From the NCBI GenBank assembly GCA_030295235.1, contig AP026164.1, positions 558,001 through 622,000 on the forward strand: a stretch of 64,000 bases of DNA, in the 5' to 3' direction. Under the pieces are notes generated by a model that ran no database searches, was not told where the DNA came from, and worked only from the letters and a program-made list of their open reading frames with translations. Shown here in pieces: positions 48,827 through 59,843 of this stretch; position 1 is the stretch's first letter; every line of letters starts with the position of its first letter. Source of the stretch: Fistulifera solaris (taxonomy: Eukaryota). A program made the translations under genes and the position numbers.

Positions 48827-50222
48827 ATGCTCGCACGAACATCATTATTTCGTTTCGGAAAGGCCAGCTTCCCGCGGTCTTTCTCAACAGCGTCAATCGA
48901 GATGCATAGCCGGACGGAACACTGCATTCATTTAGAGGAACAGTACGGTGCCTTCAATTACGCGCCACTTCCGGTTGTGCTCAATAAGGGTCGAAACACC
49001 AAAGTCTGGGACGTGGAAGGCAACGAATACTTCGATTTTTTGAGCGCTTATTCGGCAGTGAACCAAGGTCACTGTCATCCGAAAATTTTGGAGGCACTTT
49101 ATGAGCAGGCCTCCAAGTTGTGTCTGACGAGCCGTGCCTTTCACAACGACTGCTTGGGAGAGTATTCGGAATACATCACCAAGTACTTTGGTTACGACCG
49201 CGTTTTACCAGCCAATACTGGTGTGGAGGGCGGTGAGACCGCAGTCAAGCTAGCTCGTCGGTGGGGTTATGCTGTCAAGGGCATTGCACCCAACAAAGCT
49301 CGAGTGCTGTTTGCCAATCAGAACTTTTGGGGAAGGACTCTAGCTGCTATTTCAAGCTCAAATGATCCGACGGCGTTCCGTGGTTTTGGACCTTATATGC
49401 CGGGCTTTTCCAACGTTCCATTTAACGATTTGGGTTCGCTCGAGAGTGAATTCGAAAAGGACGTAAGTAAGAAGTAGTTGTAGACGACGAATATGAAGCT
49501 TTCATTGAGTCGGCAGAGTACTCATCAGTGTCTTGCAAAATCTAGGCTGAGAATATTGCTGCATTCATGGTCGAACCGATCCAAGGAGAAGCTGGTGTTG
49601 TTGTTCCCACGGATGGCTACATGAAAAGGTGAAGCAGCTCTGCGAGAAGTACAACGTTCTGTTAATCGCTGACGAAGTTCAGGTAGGAATTGGACGCACA
49701 GGCTACGAGCTGGCTGTGCAACACGATGACTGCAAACCAGATATGATTGTCTTGGGGAAAGCTTTGTCGGGTGGTGTTTTACCAGTGTCGGCTGTTTTGG
49801 CTTCCGATGAAGTTATGTTGCAATTAAAACCAGGCGAACATGGTTCTACCTACGGTGGAAATCCGCTGGCGTGTAAAGTCGCAACGGCTGCTTTGCAGGT
49901 TCTAAGAGACGAAAATTTATGCCAGAATTCAACAGCTCGCGGTGAGCAACTCCGAAATGGGTTGAACAAATTGGAGGGTACAACCGCTATTGCAGAAGTA
50001 CGAGGACGTGGACTGCTCAACGCGATTGTCATTGACGAGCCCAAGGGTCACTATGGTGCTGCCGGAAAAGCGTACGAACTTTGTCTGAAAATGAAGGATA
50101 ACGGCCTGTTGGCGAAACCTACGCACGGCAACATAATTCGTTTCGCTCCTCCTTTAACAATCACGGAAAATGAAGTCGACCAGTGCCTTGATATCATCGA
50201 GAAGAGCCTTGGTGAACTCTAA
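48827..50222 (+). CDS. OAT: Ornithine aminotransferase, mitochondrial
   Basis: [61 protein letters not shown]; intron 49463-49545; indel ~49625. Confidence 0.96.
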
Positions 50223-50864
50223 TCAGATACAGCGATCTTCGAGAACAAGGGTTTCTTTTAAAGATCATATTGTCTTTTGTAGGACTTTTTCTATTCTTGC
50301 CTTTTTTGATTACTTTGGCGGGTGAGCAGCATCCGCATCTTACTCTTCCTTTAGGCAGCACTTTTCCGATTAGTAGATGATAAAAGTACCGGTACTCCGT
50401 TTTAGCTGAAACATCTTTCAAATGTGGCAGGCAACAGCAGGGACTGAAAATTAGTGTCGGCATGGCATCATCCCATTACATATCTTGTAGTTTGTTGCAC
50501 GGAACGGTAGATTCATCTCTACGGGATCGTTAGCATCATCAATATTACCATTGGATACGTGCCATAACGGGTCGCTACTTATTGCCCTAAGTGTAGTTTC
50601 GTAAGAAGTTCTTCAGGGTGATTGACCGACACCGGGACTGAAATTTGGTTTAGTCGGAAACGTCATGTCAAATTAACCGTTCGCGTTTGGTTTGTTACGT
50701 TTAACCCTGATCGGAATGGACATTTTATTTTTGTTGACGATGGAGATCGAGGTTGCGTCTCGCGTTCATTGCAACACTCTAACTTCACGCAAAACAATCA
50801 TCGTCCAACAAACACTCTTATTATTTCATTTATATACGACAGATACTATTACAACGAGTATCCA

Positions 50865-51458
50865 ATGGGAAATATCTTTTGCGGCGAAAAGGAAGAAAGC
50901 GCAAAAGCAACTGCTTTCGATAGCAAGGATATCAACAGCACCTCGAATGAAATTCCCAACTCGGCTTTGCATTCGTCCTTTCCTGCTACGAACGGTAATA
51001 ATGCGCTACAAAATCAACAACAACAGAATGGGATACTTAATGATCCTGAAGAGTTAGCGAAACTTCAAGCATCACGAGAGGAAGAAGCTCGATTACAACT
51101 GGTCCTTCAACAAGCCGGCCGAGCCATGGTATCAGTTCGATCGACGCGGGGTAGCACGCCATATTACGATCAAGGCTTTGCCGCTGCCTTGCACCAACAC
51201 TTAGAACAAACAACGAAATTCCCTTCTGTTCCGAACGAATTGCCCCCGCCAAGTCAAACACCCGTATATACCAGTTTATCAAAACCAATGTGGCAAGATA
51301 TAATGCTGGGCAAACAAGATAGTGGATTGGCTGGTCTAGCCGGAGAGAACCCTCATACTTACATGGATCATGAAGCGGAGGCATTTCTCGACAAGGTGCA
51401 GGTCAAGAAAGAGAGACTGTTTGCGGGCACAAACCCCATGGTGGAGAATTTGCTGTAA
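50865..51458 (+). CDS. N-acylated small protein, LAMTOR1/Ego1-like
   Basis: Starts MGNIFCG (myristoylation plus palmitoylation pattern); EEEARLQLVLQQAGRAMVSV resembles the LAMTOR helix. Confidence 0.55.
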   Translation: MGNIFCGEKEESAKATAFDSKDINSTSNEIPNSALHSSFPATNGNNALQNQQQQNGILNDPEELAKLQASREEEARLQLVLQQAGRAMVSVRSTRGSTPYYDQGFAAALHQHLEQTTKFPSVPNELPPPSQTPVYTSLSKPMWQDIMLGKQDSGLAGLAGENPHTYMDHEAEAFLDKVQVKKERLFAGTNPMVENLL

Positions 51459-51547
51459 AAGTATGCCAAGTATGATTTGTATAGGAAGAGCATGTCGAGT
51501 CGACTTGCTTGTCTATTTTATGAATGCTGTAGAAAATTGTCTACGCT

Positions 51548-52438
51548 TTAGAGAGTGTCGATTGTTTCACGTTCATCGATTTGAACGTGTCCTACTAAAT
51601 TAAATGTCACCAGTCGATCAGTTTCTTCGTTAGCATCCCCAATCCATTCCATGTCATCCACCATGATCAAAGATGCTTTTCCCATGACAGTCCCTTGATG
51701 GAATTTGTAACGTCGTCTGGGTGTCACAATATCCAGACTCGCGGCAAGAGCTGCCGCGGCAATGCCCGTCGCTGGATCCTCCGGATAACCCGAGGCCCGA
51801 GGAAATTGTCGACATTCATATTCTTCATCATTGACTTTGGCGTACAAATACAGTCCCGTCGAATAATCTAAAGCATCACAGCAACTTTTGAAGTGTTCTG
51901 GATTAAGAGGAGCCTTGGCTTGGTGTAGGGCTTCCACCGAATGCACGCGGATGAGTGTTTTTAGTCGAGCAATCGATGCGTGACAAAACGATGACGACTG
52001 CACGTCCGACGACTGTAAGCCCAATGTATCACGGATTAATCGGAACAGGAGTGGTGAATTGATAACTTTTTGTTGATAAAATGGTGCTCGCATGTGTAAA
52101 GAAACGATTTGATCGGGAACATCTACTTGAGCTTGGTAGGTATTCGCGCGACTATCTTGAAAACGAACCATCGAGGTCTGCTCCGCCATACAGAAAGCAC
52201 CTCCCATAGCAGCATGTGCACAAAAGCTCACTTCTTCTCCCGTCGGCATATAAAAAGCCATTCGCTTTTGGAGTGAATCGATCACCACACTTTCCCATGT
52301 ACAAGTCTTGGCAAGTTCCGAGCCGACCAAGTTTTCGCCCATGAAGACAGTGACCGGGTTCCCTCCCGTTCCTTTCCATTGACAAAAGACACGTGCGGAA
52401 ATTTTGTGAATGAGGCGTGCTGTTTTGTTTGTGGACAT
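51548..52438 (-). CDS. PhzF/diaminopimelate-epimerase-like protein
   Basis: GGNPVTV, EVSFCAHA, RQFPRASGYPEDPATGIA, QGTVMG. Confidence 0.9.
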   Translation of the reverse strand: MSTNKTARLIHKISARVFCQWKGTGGNPVTVFMGENLVGSELAKTCTWESVVIDSLQKRMAFYMPTGEEVSFCAHAAMGGAFCMAEQTSMVRFQDSRANTYQAQVDVPDQIVSLHMRAPFYQQKVINSPLLFRLIRDTLGLQSSDVQSSSFCHASIARLKTLIRVHSVEALHQAKAPLNPEHFKSCCDALDYSTGLYLYAKVNDEEYECRQFPRASGYPEDPATGIAAAALAASLDIVTPRRRYKFHQGTVMGKASLIMVDDMEWIGDANEETDRLVTFNLVGHVQIDERETIDTL

Positions 52439-52754
52439 GCTGCAAGGAATGCTCTAAGAGGCTAAGAGGCACAAGACGACTGATGTGATGTTATCATTAT
52501 TATTATTTCCTCTCCGTCGTGATGAATGAGCGAGAGGCAACATTGCTTTATGAGCATCACTAAGGGTAAAGTTAAACATCTCTAGGGGGTTATCTTCCTA
52601 ATTCCTAACCCTAAACCTCAAACGAACTTTCACCTTAGCTGCGTCCGCCCTCCCATCCGATCAGTATGTGCCCCACCTCAAACCTTTTTTTTTACTTTCG
52701 CATTGCACACAATTCCTATGATTTGACAACCAATAATGAAGCACTGAAAGAAGC

Positions 52755-54074
52755 ATGTCTTTTCGCATTGTGTGCTACCTGTTATTAACTACTCATTGTT
52801 CATCATTTTTCACACAAAATAGAGTTACGCTGGCATCATTTCGATTGAATACAACACCATTATTGTTTACCATGAAACGAACCAGAAACGAGGATGCACC
52901 TCAAAAGGATCCGTCGCTATCATCACTAGAAACAATCCGCTTTGTCGAGTTTTATGCTGGAATCGGCGGATGGACTATGGCGCTACAACAAGTAGTAGAG
53001 CGGGGGCATTCCGACCTTTCCGGCTTGCGATTCGAATGCGTCGCTGCTCTCGATCATTCGGATCTGTGCAAAGTTGTGTACGAACACAACCACAAACCCG
53101 TCACCTTGTCAAATCGACCAATCCAAAAACTTACGGTCGGTCAAGTGGAAGAGTGGCAAGCCGATTTGTTCGTCATGAGTCCTCCTTGTCAACCACACAG
53201 TCGTCAGCATACGCATCAAGAGCGGGAATTGCAAGACAAGCGGTCCGAGAGCTTTCTGCACTTGTGTGAGTTAATTCAGTCTCTTTCGACCGTACCTTCC
53301 GTTATTTTGCTGGAAAATGTGGTTGGATTTGAACGATCGCAAAGTTTTTCCTACTTTCAGAAAGTTTTGAAGGATCGGAATTATCAGTGCTGTCATTTCA
53401 TAATTAATCCCAGTCAAGTTGGATTACCTAACGATCGACCTCGTTTCTATTCTGTGGCTGTACAAAACAATTATATCAAGCTAGAGAAAGATTCTTGGCA
53501 AAGCAAGTTCTTTACAAAACCGTCCGATGACATTAGTGCGGAGGTTATCATTCACACGGAAATTCCCGAGTTGGGAGTGAACGCGATGAACAGCATCATT
53601 GAAAAGGATATACCCAAGCTCCAACATTTCCTCGATAATCCGCCCGATCCGCGTTTGAGCATTCCAGAGAAGGTTTATCAAAAGCGAGCCGCCTGGTGTC
53701 TTGACATTGTCACTCCCGAACAACGACGCACATCGTGTTTCACGTCGGGGTATGGGAAATTTGTTCGCGGCACTGGCAGCGTCTTGTACACTGGAGAGGG
53801 AACGTTTGAGCTGGTAGCACCCGAACAGCGCGAATACGATGCTGAGTGGGACAAGGAATTGGATTGGACGAAAGCGCGGTACTTTTCTGGTTCCGAGTTG
53901 GCTCGTCTATTTGACTTCTCGAATGAATTTGCTTTTCCACGAACAGTATCACTGGGACAGCAGTGGAAGCTTGTGGGTAATTCACTGAATGTGAGAGTCG
54001 CTGCTCGACTATTGGAGTTTGCGTTTAGGGTACGCAGGAACCCGTTGCCGATAAATTTGGTCGGCACCCATTAG
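52755..54074 (+). CDS. DNMT2: DNMT2/TRDMT1 tRNA C5-methyltransferase
   Basis: EFYAGIGG, MSPPCQPHSR, LLENV, PNDRPRFY, the DNMT2-specific CFT motif (CFTSGYG), LVGNSLNV; no large N-terminal regulatory domain. Confidence 0.93.
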   Translation: MSFRIVCYLLLTTHCSSFFTQNRVTLASFRLNTTPLLFTMKRTRNEDAPQKDPSLSSLETIRFVEFYAGIGGWTMALQQVVERGHSDLSGLRFECVAALDHSDLCKVVYEHNHKPVTLSNRPIQKLTVGQVEEWQADLFVMSPPCQPHSRQHTHQERELQDKRSESFLHLCELIQSLSTVPSVILLENVVGFERSQSFSYFQKVLKDRNYQCCHFIINPSQVGLPNDRPRFYSVAVQNNYIKLEKDSWQSKFFTKPSDDISAEVIIHTEIPELGVNAMNSIIEKDIPKLQHFLDNPPDPRLSIPEKVYQKRAAWCLDIVTPEQRRTSCFTSGYGKFVRGTGSVLYTGEGTFELVAPEQREYDAEWDKELDWTKARYFSGSELARLFDFSNEFAFPRTVSLGQQWKLVGNSLNVRVAARLLEFAFRVRRNPLPINLVGTH

Positions 54075-54881
54075 AGCTGCGGCAATGCAAACGACGATAT
54101 TAAGATGCGCTGGGTGCAAAGCAAGGGGGAGGTGAGGATTTTATTTGACTTCGCCCGTCTTGACGCTGTGGAGTCGATTCAAAGCGGAAATTACTCGACT
54201 AATGGGTCGCAATTCCGCGACAGATGAGCATTTCTTGGTTGAGCTGGATGGTAGGCATGTATACAGGAATGACATTGGGGTATGTCGCGTTGGCATTGCT
54301 CTTTGGCTATGTCTGTTTTACAGCGTATGTAGTTTCGGTTCAGAACTAATTAGTCTTCCCCTCTTGGCATCAATGATGTAACCTGTATGATTTCCGTACA
54401 AAGAAGCACGCGCCCTCCTAGCCATACGTCCTTCAGTGCTGAATGAGCCACGAAACCTCTCGGCGAGCCCCTATTCTCCCCTATGATGTTAACCCTTAGG
54501 GTTCTGTTCCAAATAGCTGTGCTAGAGCGGCACATTAAGACGGCATGAGAGAAGAAAAAGAAGAGATAGGGTCCATTCGAATAGTGGACCCAAAGGAACC
54601 GAGTAGAGTAATGGAAGCATGATGGGAAACATTACCAACATGTTGTGGGCCTTGGTTCAACAATTGATTTCGATGTCGGCTCTGTTCCTCAGCTCTTTGT
54701 CGGTGGCAGGGAGAAATTGAAGTAAATTCTTTGCCCAAAGCGCACCACATCGAGTGGAGCAGATACTAGCTAGGGCAAGTAATAACAATTTACAAAGCAG
54801 CATACATGAGTTCGCGTGCAATGAGCAACAAAGGCACAAAACAAGTAGTTCAAGCCGAACGACCATAAAACCGTTTAGACA

Positions 54882-56530
54882 CACGGAATTGGACAGTGTC
54901 ACATGGAAGAGCTTCGCTCCTCGCCATCACCGCCACGCGCATCCATCAGTTGCATTTATAAATTAATTAAAATTATTCGCTTTTGAAATGAACAAATGTT
55001 AGCATGAAGGTGTTGTGGTATACATTTTTCATTGTGCTGGGACATATGGGGGACCCTTGCTAGTGCCCGTAACCGCTAACCTATTTCTAGGATAACTCAT
55101 AAGCACCGCAAGAGCTCCGAAGACGTTAAGCAGATGTCAACAAGCGATCACAAACGCCCATGTATCCGGTTGGGAGCGGAAAGGCGAATGTGGCTTTCAT
55201 AAGCTGCTCAGCGGGTGAACCCCAAACCCCGCTCAACCGTTACCATTGCTTCACCAATCACCGGCGCACGCAGTTCTTCGGCACGCCTCATGGATCCCAC
55301 AACTCAGGTGAAGAACTTTTCCCAGCACAATGCTCCAACTGCGTGTTTTCCGGTAAGGCAGGAAGCCTCGCAAGCAGGCAAGCGAATCGTCGAGACGACA
55401 CGAGGTTGCCCTTTGGCGAGACGACTCCTCCTTCCTCGGGACATACGCACCACAACCCTTCATGCGCTCCCACTTTGTATTCAACCATACGGTCCCAAGC
55501 TGTGATCGCAGGCCACAGCTTTGGCAACAACTGAATACGGGGAGGACATCAAACCTCTCTCAGTCGCCTTTGAGAGGAGATGTGAGAAGAAGAAGAACGC
55601 AGCGAAAAAAGAGAGAAAGATGTTTGGCGATGCTTCTCCGCTTCTCCTATCGTAAAATCAAAATCAGTTTGTGTTCACAAACTCATTTTAAAATCATTTA
55701 GAGGGAACTATCTAAGTATTTCTATTTCGAGCAACGGTTTTCTCCATGTATAGGTTGGGATCCCACCACCCACGAATGAATGTCACGATGTACGCGTCTG
55801 CATATCTTTCAATCATGATGAGCGCAGCTGCGAGCCCGGCCTGCTCGTTTCTCACAAGTAAAACACGCGTTCAAAATTCAATTTGGAATAAGGGGGGAAA
55901 GAATGCAAGTCAAGTCCATTATAGGCACTTTTGTTTGCCCCGACTTTGATGATGGGTGAGAGTGAGCACGACGATTTTTGTTTAACGCGTTCGTGCTTTG
56001 CTTTTCAGTCTTGTTATTTCAATCGCAATTCTTCAATGTGTATTTGGTTAGTGTGTCTGTGTCTGCTCATTGTCAGCGACGAGGTGACTACGGAGTACTT
56101 TTTATTTTACTTTTTTTACAAAAGAAGGACGACGGAGGACAACAAAAGCGAACAGAACGAGACAATACAAGATACAAGTATCGAGTACGGAATAACAATC
56201 TTCTTAACTGATGATAATGCGGAAGGGAAACGATTAGGAAACGAAGCTACGATATCACGACAACAGCGATCACCACTCGTTGAGATTTCCGTGGATGTCA
56301 TCTGACGCGTTGTAGACGATCTGCTGTATTTGTGGGTGTCATTCCTCGAGTAATCGCAAAAATGAATGAATGTCCTTTTACTGTGCTAGCGGAACCGCCA
56401 TCCGCTTTGGAAATCTTGCGCGATTGTGTTTCGCTTGGTTGACCTCTTTTCATTCGAAAGGCAATATCTTTTTGTTGCACGGTCTCAAATTTGGTGTATC
56501 GCTATCTGCCTCGTTGATGTATCATCCGAT
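54882..56530. repeat. Dispersed repeat, copy 2
   Basis: Near-identical direct match to 11785-13600, lacking the 140-bp segment. Confidence 0.95.
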
Positions 56531-56810
56531 GGCAGAGGCCTGTTCGCCGTGCACCTTTTCCCGCAAAGGCACAGACGACGGCGATTCATTCAAGTGTAAA
56601 TGATGTGTATCCCTGCACTATCCGTGCAACCAGAGCAACGATGTATGACGGTCGAATCCTTTTGCCAGCGTCTCTTCTATCAATAAAGCAAATAGCGGAA
56701 AACCACACTCTCGTGCATTCTTGACAATTCGCAAGCAATCGACAAGCTGCATTGTGGACGCGGTGATCTTGCTTGTTATCTCTTTCGCACAAAAAGATCG
56801 CACACTTACA

Positions 56811-57089
56811 ACCAAGTTAAAAAGATTACTCAACGATCGACCTCGTTTCTAATTTGTACCCGAACAGCGCAAATACGATGCTGGAAACAAGGATCTGGAT
56901 TGCACGAAAGCGCGGAACTTTTCTGGTTCCGAGTTTACTTGTCTGTTTGATTTTCATAATGATTTTGGGTTCCCACGAACCGTAACACTGGGACAACAGT
57001 GGGAGTTTGTGGGTGATCCACTGAATGTGAGAGTCGCTGCTCGACCGTTGGAGTTTGCGGTTAGGGCACACAGGGACCCGTTACTAATA
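56811..57089 (+). pseudogene. Decayed, internally deleted partial DNMT2 copy
   Basis: gattactcaacgatcgacctcgtttcta matches ~53422-53449 and is joined directly to sequence matching ~53818-54053 (cccgaacagcgc...cactgaatgtgagagtcgctgctcgac) with many substitutions. Confidence 0.88.
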
Positions 57090-57299
57090 CATGATGTTAA
57101 CAAAGGCTTGTAATGACTAGACTTGACTTTGAGATTTATTGGAGCTTCTGTTGATTTTAAATGTAGCACTGACATAACCGTGTCAAGAGAAAGCAATTTG
57201 ACTTGCCCTTCGCGTGGAGACTTGAGACAGCACCTCATCACAGAACTGAACCAGACAAAGTGCTCGCTTTACTTAAGTTCATTAATTTTCTTGACTGGA

Positions 57300-59409
57300 T
57301 CACAGAGCGTCATCATCTATTGACTCTCCATCAATATTTTCGTCGCTGAGTGGCTCTCCGTCAAGCTCTTCGCCGATCGATTCTTTGTCAATGTTCTCGT
57401 CATCAAGATGAAGCTCCCCATCGACGTCTCTGTTTGTGTCTCTGTTTGTGGCATTGTTTTTCGAGTCTTCTTCTAAGGATTCCCCATCGACATCATCGAG
57501 ATCGATGCGATCACCGTCTACTTCGGAATCTTCTCCTGAACATCTGTTCGTTGCATAATCATTCCTCTGACATGGCTTTTGAATATAACTGTCCACTTCG
57601 GTGAAAGACCCTATCTTTGCTACCTCGACGCGTTCTTCGGGTAAGGGTTCGATGACATTCCCTTCACTCGGTGACGGCTGCATTTCCGCGTCGTCAAGTT
57701 CTGAATCTAAAGATCCATCGTTGGAATTGCCTTCATATTGTGTAAGACTTGTTTTCTCCTTTGTAAACTTTGACTTTATCTTCCTCCCTTCGAACCTATC
57801 CTGTAGTTCGTCCAAAAATGAAGGACTGTAAACGCTCCAATTCGTCCAAGCTGCTAAAATTGAACTAATTTCAACGGCAAGCTTATTGCGGGTAAGCCGT
57901 CCACCCCATTCCATTCTACCAACTGCCGTGAAGACGTCTGGGGCCATTTTTTCGATTGCGTCACGATATCGAAACGCGTTCCGGACGCCAGGCTGTTGCG
58001 AATTGAAAAGAATATCGGAAAGAAGAAAGAGCTGCGCTGTTTTCTGCTCCATTGCAACGTCCTTCGGCACGTTCTCTGTGGGTTCTTCTTTTAACAACTC
58101 CTCAAGCATATCGCAAATATGTCGAAATGAGCCGCTCTTTTCGAAACAAAATGCCATGGCTTGACAAATTGAGCCACGTGACGTAGTGAGCTCTTTTCGA
58201 AACAAACGCCTGAATTCAGTTAATTCGTGCGGAGTGAGGTCTTGTCCGTCGCTAGTCCCAACGTGTCGTCGGCATCCATCTGGATTTTCCTTGCGAATTG
58301 CAGTTGTAACTTCTTTCGTCTCGACACCATGGTGCAGGGAAGGAGGAATCCATACCGGTCCTCCCTCTTCCATTACAAAGGGTTCTGTACGCCAAGACTC
58401 CCAGGTGTCCCCGTGCGAAAAACTCCACACACGCCAAAGATAATACCTTCGCTCAGCGTCACTCCATGAACGATCTTGCTCTCCTCTCAACTTCTGTTCC
58501 AGCGGGTGCTCGTCGCTAGCCACAACAAAGGCAGCTCTTGAAATAAAATGCTCCCTTTCGCTATCTGCAGGTACCAGAACCTCTATCGAACCAGCACCGG
58601 CGTTTAGTCCATTCGGTCTACTCGACATTTCCTCTTGATGATTTGGAACGTGGCGACCCCACCGTACCATAATATACCTCCCTACTCGAAACGCATCCGT
58701 GTCATCCAGCTCCTTCAAAGCTGCTTCCGCGTCGGCGCGATATCGAAAACACACGAAACCCGAGTGTCGATTTCTAGATCGCTCTTCGGGGGTTCTAGCC
58801 CACATAATTTTGACCGAATTCAATGGACCTTTTGAATCAAAAAGGAACTCAACAGGCAGGCGTTAGAAAATGTCCTTTTGAAAATAGGGATCATGATTCA
58901 GTCAAATATACCGACTAGAAAGACTTTATCTCACCAAATTGCGCAAACACATTATATACTTGTTCTTCTGTAAGATGGGGAGCGAGATTTCCCACAAACA
59001 AATTCGTAGTAATATTCTCCTCCCCAGGTTGAACAAACGAGCCAGATACCCGCTGATTCGAAGCTGGCGGGTACTTTGAAAGAATGTTTGTTTCCGCGTT
59101 TAGTTCTTGCAATAATGCATCCATTTTGGCTTTCCGGGAAGAACTTATCGCTCCGTGATGTCGTTTCATTGACGAAGTGATTGAAACCTTGACAGGATCT
59201 TTTCTCGTAATTGTTGTTGACACTTCATCTGGTTTAATAGCTTCGCATGACGTTGTTACAGATAGGTTTGGTGAATTGAGTGCATCTTCAGTATCAGGCT
59301 TGCTCATTCTTGACTTCTTTTTGAGGGTCGCAAAAACATCGTCTTCCTCAGACGACGATGTGTCGCCACTCTCGGAGGGTGGGGCGCCTCTACGATGGCG
59401 GGTACTCAT
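57300..59409 (-). CDS. U2SURP: U2 snRNP-associated SURP-motif protein (SR140)
   Basis: RRM (TTNLFVGNL, SVKIMW.RT.EE, GFVCF), SURP-like YYLWRV.S...GD...WRTEPF, CID (LFLLSDILFNS), acidic DGE tail; intron 58829-58934. Confidence 0.9.
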
Positions 59410-59843
59410 GAGCACCGTGTCACCACTTAAGTTACGAATTTAACGATGCAGAATTAATAAACGCGGTGGCATCATCGTATAAGCCTACTGGCATTCAGCA
59501 CCTTTTCCGGCTTCAAAAAGCAAGGAGCGGCAAAGCTGCATAATGCGTCGAATGTGAATACGTAGTAATGACGTCTACGTAGACTTTACGTGGGTCTCGT
59601 AGGGGAATAGATCGATAGAGTGGAGACCCGGATGAGTCCAAGTTCGCGCATCGATCGCGGTCTAAAACTTGTCTGTGCTTCGTACGACTTTACATTCTGC
59701 CAACCAAAAAGAAAGAAAGATGCAACGATGCGCAGTTGAATTTGTTGCGCCAAACCAACAAACGAAAAATTCCTTGATCGCAAAGAGGAACAATTTACAG
59801 TTTAGTCTGACTTGTGGTATTGCAGTTACATCGAAATTACAAA

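Noticed and set aside
54860..57120. Helitron capturing DNMT2
   Set aside because: CTAG at 57117-57120 is not followed by T, no clear 3' hairpin, and repeat copy 1 lacks the fragment.
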